Origin: Eledone cirrhosa
Taxonomy: Eukaryota
NCBI GenBank assembly: GCA_964016885.1
Contig: OZ024740.1
Coordinates: 188,542,001-188,606,000, forward strand
Reading direction: 5' to 3'
Length of the DNA: 64,000 bases
Shown here: positions 54,615 through 64,000 of the stretch, piece by piece
Layout: each line of letters opens with the position of its first letter
Position numbering within the stretch: position 1 is the first letter of the stretch
Translations under genes and position numbers: made by a program
Notes under the pieces: generated by a model
What the model saw: the letters and a program-made list of their open reading frames with translations, nothing else
Told to the model about the DNA's origin: nothing
The model's database searches: none

Positions 54615-56060
54615 TTAAGGATACTATTTATGGTTATGCATATACAAAAACCTTTTGTAGTTATATATATTTTTACAAACCCTAAATAGTGATATATTAC
54701 TACCTTATTACCAGTAAGATAAATAGCTCAATGTAATAACATCAGTTGTTTTACAGAGCAGTTATATATAAGTTATAATAATCAAAGTTCTGTTCAAATC
54801 ATTTATATGCTTACAATTGTTTCCTCCAAACCGAGGTTTGGTTTCCTCGGAGCAATTTATTAATGAATGATCACATATATTACCTCCTTTTCAACCCAAG
54901 AGTCATACAGATACATATGCATATATTGTTGCTTGGTGGGTCGACATCCATTATAACATTTAGTGTGGCAGTATACATTTAAAGATTACATTCTTATCAA
55001 AAGAGGATAAAATTAAAATTAATGTTAAAATACAACATGAAATTAATGCGATAGGATAGTCAGAAGCAGTAAGTTTGTGCAATAGTTATACGTGTGGCAA
55101 GCACGTGTGTCTTATTTATAAATAGTATAGTGCGGCAGGGTGTTACAAGTAAAACAAGCACTATAAGCGGGTAAATAAGATTATTAAGGAGGTTGTCCTG
55201 GTAATGTATCTTTTATATGAATGTTATAGAAGCTTGTGTGTAGAGAAATGTTATAAATATTAAAAATATTAGAAATGTGTAGCAAAGCGATGATATGGTT
55301 TTCGTGTACAGCACCATTTTCACAGTCCGGAGAGCGTAATATCTAGATTACACGCCCCTCACATAATCCACGACGATTCAATATTGGACGTTTGATGAAT
55401 CTGTTAGAGTATCCTAGTTTGTTGGTATTTAATCCAATATTGCAGGTTGTTTGAGTTGCGAGAATCAACATCATAATATTTTCCGGAAGTGTGTGTGTGA
55501 CAAAGGGGAGTTAATGCGTGAGGGGAGGTAACTCACTGATTTCTGTAACTAAATATTATCCTAATGTACATTAAATGGTGTCTCAAAAGAGTCCCTATCT
55601 TATATGGTTATAAACAGTTTCTAAAAATTTAAAGTGTCCTCTCTATAATTACAGTGTAGTCTATCAAGAAGTATTAAAGGTGTTCATATTAGGGTGAATA
55701 TCCTCCATTAAAGAGTGCCACAATTGAATATTTCACACGAAGAGCCAGATCTCCAAATCAATGATCATTGTAATTGTAGTCTACTCATAGAACCTGGCAG
55801 GGTTATTATAGAATCACTTCTATATATAATAATTCCTGGTAAGTTCTGGGTCAGTGTATGTCAGATTGGATGTCAAAGTTAACTATCACTAGGGTAGACC
55901 TGAGGTCAATCCTCACTTAATAACAGAACACACTCACTGTTTGGTTAGTTTTCGCTCCTCGCTTCTGTGTCTTTTATATCGGTAATCTAACTTACTCGGT
56001 CCTCAATGTTGCCATTGACTGACCGGCGGTCAAAAATAATACAGATACAATAGAGACACA
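54612..56060 (-). mobile_element. Probable non-autonomous PLE-type element
   Basis: Three blocks shared with 25850-26360; hammerhead at 54808; no recognisable ORF. Confidence 0.55.
54808..54854 (-). ncRNA. Hammerhead-like motif, CCGAGGA core
   Basis: tgct-CCGAGGA-aa ccaaac ctcg gtttgg ag-GAAA-caattg-TA-agca. Confidence 0.65.
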
Positions 56061-56078
56061 AACACATATATATAGTTT

Positions 56079-56120
56079 ATCATAAATCTTTCGCTGCACA
56101 TCTGCAACATCGTCAGTGGT
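56079..56120 (-). ncRNA. Slightly decayed minimal hammerhead motif
   Basis: acca-CTGACGA-t gttgca gatg tgcagc-GAAA-gatt-TA-tgat. Confidence 0.55.
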
Positions 56121-57810
56121 GTTATCGTTTCCTCCTGTTGTATTATATGTCTACGCCATTTTTATTCAGTCTGTCTATATATTTATTTATTTATTTGCTT
56201 GTTTGTTTATTTTATTTTGTCTTCTTTGCGCATGCGTGTGTGTATAGTGTTTTGTTTGCTGTGTGATGGGTGACTAGTGTGTGTTTACGCCGCTATATAT
56301 ATATATATATATATATATCAAACAACTCTTACTTTATTCACTTTAGCATCATTAAAAAGGAGATACTGGATGCATTTTCTTTATGACGATGATGATACTA
56401 TGAAGAGAATCTATTTTAAATATACCCAGTTTAAGAATATAGAGTATACAACAGCATTTAATTCTCATTTAAAACAAATAAAGACTGACTATACTTCTAA
56501 TATGTTTATATTGCAATGTATAAGTTCTAATTGTAGGAAAACCTTTCTTATGAGAATCTTTTAACAAGTATTTAATAAAAGGTATTTTGATTTATTAAAT
56601 TATTTTAATTAAATAAGAACTGAAAACAGAATACCAGTGTTAGTTTATTTGTCTATATAAGGTATCCTGGTATATTGGCATATCTTAGAAGCACAATTGG
56701 AAATGCAACTATTTTCCTCAACATTCACTGTCTGATTTATTGAAATTTTGGTTCTGCTAATGTTTGAAAACCATTTAGGACAACTTCATTATCATTTATG
56801 GAATGACAAAATAATATTATAAGTGAGCTTGAACTTAGCCTTGTAACAATAATACAATTAACTAGTTATTTTTCTAATTAGTCAGTATATAATAAAAGTT
56901 TTGTTTCAAAAGTAAATTAAACAACTAGTTTCCAGATACCTCTTCATATTTGTCAATATGCAGTCTTAAATGTTTAAAGAACACTGATGCCATGAATTGT
57001 AAAACACCATTAAGTTTCAAAAATGAATGTCTCTAGAGAAGTCTCAAGTGACAGCAGCCAGCCAACTACCATCTTAAAACATATAAAACGGTAACAACAG
57101 TCTCAATTGAAGCTAGAAATTGATTAATTTTGATTACTATGAATTATGAAACACAAAGAAAAATAACACAACCAAATGGTATATAGTCATCAAAACTCTC
57201 AAAAATCGTTTTTCACATTAAATCATACTTTAAATAATTTGACATAATCAGTGTATTCAGAAGCAACTCATGCCAAAGAAATATCAAGATAGCTACAAAT
57301 GTTGGACAGTAAAGTATTACAAATTAGATATATTACATTTATCCAATATTTCTTTGGAGTTTTATGTTCATGTTGCCTTTGCAAATCCCAATGCATCATA
57401 GGCCATTGTAAATTGTGAAGAATTTGAACAGTAATTATAAAGTTATGTGTTAGTTCGATTCCTACACAGGGGGATCACATTATTTGTACTATAAGCTTTC
57501 ATAATACAATTCATCTCATTTTCAGTTTTCATAACTATTTTCTCTTTTCACATAAGTTATTATTCAGTATACAAAAGATGAAACAAATTATCAAACAGCA
57601 CATTTTACAGTCTGCCTCACATGATTATTAGTAGAGAAGTCAATTTACAATTGTTGCAATCTATAATTAGTGTAAGAAATATAGAGTAGCCTTGCTAACT
57701 TTATCATATAAAATATCTAGCAGTTATCTAATTGCTTCACTTTATTAGCAGAATAAGTGCTATAAAGTTGCTTCGGCATATTCAAGTGTAAAAACTGTTG
57801 AATATTATTC

Positions 57811-57870
<60 letters not shown>

Positions 57871-57971
57871 ATAATAATAAATTTGAAGACTAAAATCCAA
57901 AGAGGATTTCAGAAGATCCCGTTAAGGGTAAAAGCAGTGATTCTTTGCTTAAACTTTAATCTGTTATTTTA

Positions 57972-58059
<88 letters not shown>

Positions 58060-58384
58060 ATACATACACACATGCATATACATACACATGCTTGCATAAA
58101 TGCATACCGTATATGCCAGCATACAAGTCAATCCAGTGCATAGGTCATCCCCTCAAATTCTGAGGGGTGATTCTGGTTTAGGCCTATATTTGCTGGATAA
58201 GACGACCCCAAAAATAAGGCAGTACCATCTCCCCAGCCCTAGATATACTTGCTATTCTTAAATATTACATTAAACAGACTTAACAAATATGAGATTTAGT
58301 AGGAAATAATTGTGGTGGACTGCTAGAGTTACGGTAAGTGGTGTACAACAAGTGTTAGTCAGACAGTTTCATTATTTACCCCAC

Positions 58385-58580
58385 CGAGGGCGGTGGATTG
58401 GCAGTATCGGTAGAGGGCCTGACGCTATGCTTTGCAGCAAAGAGTTACGCCCCTTTATGGTTTGAGTTCAAATCCCGCCGAGGTTAACTTTGCCTGTCAT
58501 CCTTACGGGGTCGATAAAATAAAGTACCAGTAATGCACTGGGTAATTGCTGGCCTTGTGCCTAAAGTAGAAACAATTATT
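58385..58580 (+). mobile_element. tRNA-SINE family 2, full head
   Basis: ggcggtggattggcagtatcggtaga ... gagttcaaatcccgccgagg; matches 41855-42009. Confidence 0.85.
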
Positions 58581-58707
58581 TACCCCGCAGTGGTAAAGGT
58601 TCTCATTTTATATTCGGCAGGTAAGTCGACCCCTTGTTTTGGAGAGATATTTTTAGGCTCCAAATGTAAACTTGTATGCCGGCATATAGAGTACACACAC
58701 ACACACA

Positions 58708-58881
58708 TACCTGATTCACAAAAGAGATAGGGATGCAGGCAAAACACCTAGATGTGACAGCAGATGCAAACTCAACATCGAAGATGTCATCCATATCATA
58801 AGCAGCTGCTCAAAGGTATCATCACAGTACTATCTACATATGAGCCATGATGTATTCTTTAATGTAATAAGAACATCCTGA
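58708..58881 (+). mobile_element. R4/Dong/NeSL-type (RLE) non-LTR zinc-knuckle fragment
   Basis: YLIHKRDRDAGKTPRCDSRCKLNIEDVIHIISSCSKVSSQYYLHMSHDV, matching C..C..E...H...C....Y..RHD.V of RLE elements. Confidence 0.7.
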
Positions 58882-58999
58882 TTATGTCTTATTATCCAAA
58901 TTATAATTAGTGTGACCTCATATTTTGTTAGACTTGCATTCGTGGAAGAGAAACATTTGGCATACAAAAAAGAAAGGAAAAAATAGGCTCTGCATGGGT

Positions 59000-59395
59000 T
59001 ATATCTTCTCTAAACATGGTGATGTTACAATTAACATGGTCTCCTTATAATTCTATATTATACCACATTTCAAATGATATATGCTATTGCAATCCAAGAG
59101 CTTCAAAATATCTAATATACAAAATAAACTGTGAAACCCTCAAACCTCCAAGGTGTGACCAAGAATGTCAATTATGTTACATTTCTGAGGATGATATTTC
59201 ATATGTGATTGGCAACTGCCTAATAATGGCATTATCATGTGGTATGGTGTTGCTGCTAAAACAATATAAAATGCTATAAATATGACTGTTCTGTGATAAA
59301 TATAGATAATACCCATGCTATTGAATACATACCTCCATATTAATACAAGGAATATTAATTGAACATTCCCATCAAAGCTTCTGTGAAGTTCAAAC
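59000..59395 (+). mobile_element. Second, more diverged RLE non-LTR fragment
   Basis: YAIAIQE..SKYLIYK..KPPRCDQECQLCYISEDDISYVIGNC..VAAKTI*NAI..KEY*LNIPIKASVK. Confidence 0.65.
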
Positions 59396-60589
59396 TCAAC
59401 TGTCTTGTTATAGTTGCTTGGGACTGAAAAAAAGAAGACATTAGGTACAATCATAGATGTCAGACATTTTTGAAATTCAACATATAACATTCATTGATTT
59501 TTCAATCCAAATTCCAGAACTCCAGCAATAAGATTTTGATACTTTATCAGAATCTAGCCTTGTACGATGAATTAAACTAATTACATGTATGTATACATTG
59601 AAATAATTATATATAAGAACTAATTACATATATGTACACATTAACAGTTTATGACTTTCTTCAACTCTGCAAATAGGAACTTCAGCATTTCTCAATGAAA
59701 ATCATTCATAGGTACATACTTATCCAAATTTAGTAGAGGTGCATCGCTTAGTGGTAAGTGTGTTTTACTTATGATCATAACGTTGTGGGTCTGGACTGGA
59801 TTATGTGTTGTGTTCATGAGCAAGAGATTTCGTTTCATATTGATCCAATATACTCAGCTGAGAATGAGTACCAGCAGAGCTAGAAATTTGATGGCATCCT
59901 GTCCTGGTGGAAGTCTTGTACTCTCAATCTTTTAATGCCATTCAAACTGGGATAAGCACCAGCCTGATGAGCCTTTGTGTTTGAGACAGACTTTCTTTTG
60001 TTTAATCTAAATTTCAATGATGACACATTACTCCTTAGTTAGTATCTAATATTTTCATTATAAGAAAAATCTAGAGAATTGTACAGTGACATGAGATAAG
60101 TGCCAGCATAAACAATCAATTAATAAATTTACTTCACAACTATGTATTTTGGTGTTTGATCTCACTGTGAAACCTTATAGCTTTTGGTTGATCATTGCCT
60201 AGTAAATGAAAGTTTGTAAATGGAAAATGTACAAATATAGATGTGTTTGTGTATGGTTCAGTTGAGTTCTGTTATGTCAATAATTTACCTAAGCCACTTG
60301 ATAAATGAGGAGTAAATTGAAATAAGTACCGGTAGTCATTATGATACACTAATACATTTGAAGACTATACTTCATCATGGTAACTATCCAGTGATGAAAA
60401 GCAGCAAAATAAATAAAAGTAAAATACATAAATGGGTGCTTGTGTGTATGTATACACACATCAGATTCTGACATAATATAAATTATGTTATAAAACTTAA
60501 TCGCTTTTAACATTTACTATTCTGTGCGAAGATGAGTTGGGTAGGATAGGTAAAACTCATCCCTTTACTTGTTTCAGTCCTTATTCATC

Positions 60590-60930
60590 TCCTTTGGTAA
60601 GTTCATGTCTTCTCTGGATTCCTTTTACATGCTCCTTCTACAACATTTAACAGCTTTTAATGCAACTATTGTCCACTACAGTCTTCTCTTATAAACTACT
60701 ATGGATACTTCTGATGTTTATTTTACTTCAACTCACTTGTGCTCCATTTTTCATGCAAGCTGATATACAGCAAATGGAGCATATTCAACAAATTGTTTCC
60801 ACCCTTTTCATAAACACCATATTTAATTCCTGTGTCCCACACAATACTGAATTTCATTCACAAGCATCAAAGATTCTACCTTCAATTGTAGAGCAAAGCC
60901 AACAGAGGCAATAGCTTTCTCACATTTTAA
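60590..60930 (-). mobile_element. Ancient RTE C-terminal fragment
   Basis: RKLLPLL..GRIFDAC..NIRSI..RRL*W..NSCIKSC. Confidence 0.6.
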
Positions 60931-61306
60931 ATAAGACAAAGTAGAAGGTACATTTGATTAAAATAATCTTAATTCTAATATAGTTGTATGTGGAAGAAGT
61001 ATTTTAGATAATGACTTCCTTCAAATATTTTTGTTGTTCTTTAAATTTTTCGGTGTGTTTTGTAAATTTATTGAAAACAATTCAGAGTTTAGACTAAACT
61101 AAAATAAGTAAAATTACAGTCATGTGTGTGCAAATTATTCCACTTTATTCACAACTACATTTTTCGAAAATTTGATACAATATGATTAATACCCAAAACC
61201 ATTCTGGTAGTGAATTAATGAATTAATATTCCTATCCTCGTTAATATCACATATACTCAAAACCGTAATATTTCTGATGTTTAAATCATTTGTTGTTTTC
61301 AGCTTG

Positions 61307-61362
<56 letters not shown>

Positions 61363-61797
61363 TATATTTGGGGTGTATTTTAACCATAAACCTATGCTGC
61401 CATCAAAAGTGTTTTACAAAGTATGTCACTAATTGGAAAAATATTTTTGTCAATCATTCTATTTCTTTTAAACTGTTATTAATTCCCTTAGCTTATAAAA
61501 TACCTTTTGAAGTAGAAATGTTAGTGAAAATATTCCAAACATAATGACATTTCTAAAAGATACAGAGCCCCTATTGTATAAAAGCAATACTTATAATGTG
61601 TGTAATTATGTAAAAAGAGGTACTCCTTGATATGAATATGTGTGACTTATGATAAATTATTCATCTTCACAGAAAAAGTAAATGAATTTCTTAGGAATTG
61701 TAAAATATTTATTAATCATCTCTAACAGCTGAAGTTGCTTTATCTAGCAATATACCCTGCCCACAAAAATATATATATAAGTGAATACATGTATATA

Positions 61798-62045
61798 TCA
61801 TCATCATCATCATCATTTTACGTCTGCTTTTCCCTGCTTGCAAGGGTGGGATGGGTCCTATTCAGTACAGCATCTCTCCACTTATAATGGTCCTTCGTCA
61901 TTTCCTCCGTGAGCTTCAGCGATCTGAGGTCTGCTCTCACCACCTCTGCCCATGTTTTTTATGATCTTCCTCTACTGCATCTTCCTTCTACTGGTATTTC
62001 TTGGCACTTCTTTACCCAGTGGTCATCCTCCATGTGCATCACTTT
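61798..62045 (-). mobile_element. RTE family B 3' fragment (older)
   Basis: Colinear with 13915-14165; (GAT)n tail. Confidence 0.9.
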
Positions 62046-64000
62046 AGCGATTTGTCACCTCAATCTTCTTTATACTGTTGATTATGTGTCATAAAAACAA
62101 CTATTCATAAATTTGTTGTTTTTGGTTTTCATTTTATCTTCTAGAGTCTCCGATATTGATTGTCCCTTTTTCCAAGAGCTATATATTTTGACACAATCTA
62201 CATTATTTTCTATGTAAATATAAGATAGCTTTATACATAAGTGACCTATTGAAAGTTAGATAAGTTATTCTCTGTAAAATATAATAGTAATAGATCTGTA
62301 GGAAAATTGAATTGAATTTTCAAGTAGTAAATGATAATTAGAATTATATAAAAATCAAGAGCACTTATATTGATAAAAGATGCCTGTTAGATATATTGAT
62401 CTCTTACATTTCTTAAAGATTTTCTCACTACAATATTTGATATCAAGAATGTAATTTATTTTCTTAATTTTTAAATAGGAAATTAAAACTGATTATCTTT
62501 TAATAACAGTATTTGTAAAGTTTGCATGTACATATTTTATGTAAGCAAGCATTTCTAAAAGCAACTGATAGTGTATTGACTATGGCCTTGACAAACTAAT
62601 CATACAGCTAAAATAAACTACTTTGAGTTGTAATCTAAAAAAGAAAAAAAACAAAACAATGTTCAAACAAATTAAGAACAGAATATTTCTGTATATATTC
62701 ATCTGCTTATTGTTATCATTATATTGATAGAACATAATTTACTGAGTTCTGTATTTTGTTGCTTTTACATTTGCTATTTGAATGCAACCACATACTATTA
62801 GCCACTAGAGTAAAAGGCCATAATGTAATGAAAATCTACAATATTTGTTCTGATCAAGTTTTTGATTTAATTTCTGTGCCAAGGGATAATATCCATGGTG
62901 TCCTTAATCAATGAATCAATATTCTTTTTAAGTATTTCAATCTATAATTAATGATAAATGACAACATGAATTATTAAAAAGAATCATTAAAATTTTCAGC
63001 AAAAATAAATTAACTACCCAAAAATGAAAAGCAAAGAGAATTTTAATGAATTTAGTGAACTGAATGGCTAAGTAAATATTGATAAAAATATTTTCCAGCA
63101 TGCTAAATTTATTTTAACTCATGTAAGAAACTTGAAATAGTTTTCAAATCCTGCCAGTCTTTAATTAAAATAGTCACATCAATTAGGTCTTTATATTAGC
63201 TGCATAAATTCTTTAGTTCATAGAATTCAAAGGCATTTCAGATGACCATTCATTTGTGAGAAACATCATTTATGATCTTTTTGATTGAAATAACATCTGA
63301 AGTTCCATACACAAGCAGGATCATATATGTAGGTATAAAGTGTGATAATCATAGAGCCATATATAAAAGCCTATACAATAGTTTGTGTGATAATACTACT
63401 CTTTCAGGATTTTTGTCTATCTTCACTGATGTTTACACACTTGGTACTGAGACTAGGACACAGTATCTCTGAGACATATTTTGCATGAGAAACATCTGCT
63501 AGAATTACTCATTTGCATATAGTACAGGCTTGGCAGGCTGGTATTGTCAGTAGCACTAACATACCATGATTCATAATAGAGATGTATTTGAAAATGTGTG
63601 TTTGAGTGTGGGTAAAAACTCCTTTGGTCCATGGGTTTTGCACCTAGAAAGTTCCCCTCTGAGGCAAAGTTTCTTTTTTTCAAACACTAACAGTCGTTCA
63701 TGCCTGCTAGCCTCCCCTCTTTCCACCACCAATGTTATCCAAGGGAAAAGCAATGGTCAATACAATTTGGTGCCATTGACATTACAACTCATATTTCCAG
63801 ATGAGAACAATATGAAATAAAGTGTCTTGCTCAAGGACGCATCACATTGTCATAGCTTTCTCTGTAGCTGTATGAGAAGGCCAGACACTAGAGTTTAAGG
63901 AATTTAATCCATGTTCCATGACATATACTCCCTTGGTACTGAGGCTAAAATAAGCTATCACGCATACAAATTTTGTATTGAAACGTTTACTGGGAATGCT

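Overview
AT-rich animal genomic DNA, most likely an octopus or related coleoid (inferred from recalled similarity of the tRNA-SINEs and RTE LINEs). No host exon could be recognised. Nearly all ORFs in the track are translations of (TA)n/(TG)n microsatellites or antisense LINE frames. The region ~8.2-32.2 kb is a nest of young retroelements, almost all sitting inside (TA)n arrays: at least three RTE-clade LINE families with (GAT)n tails and a PHD-type zinc finger inserted within the RT, a chimeric tRNA-SINE that borrows their 3' ends, and many Penelope-like element (PLE) remnants. The remainder is older AT-rich DNA with decayed SINEs, a CR1/L2-type RT fossil and two R4/Dong-type fragments. The main hidden signal is a set of about 13 minimal hammerhead-ribozyme motifs from about 8-9 apparently unrelated PLE-type families. 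They share a palindromic (dimer-type) stem III, usually a non-Watson-Crick 10.1-11.1 pair and often an AATAAA directly after the cleavage site. They include compensatory U3-A8 cores, a recurrent C4 core variant, and stem II domains expanded to 56-107 nt branched structures.
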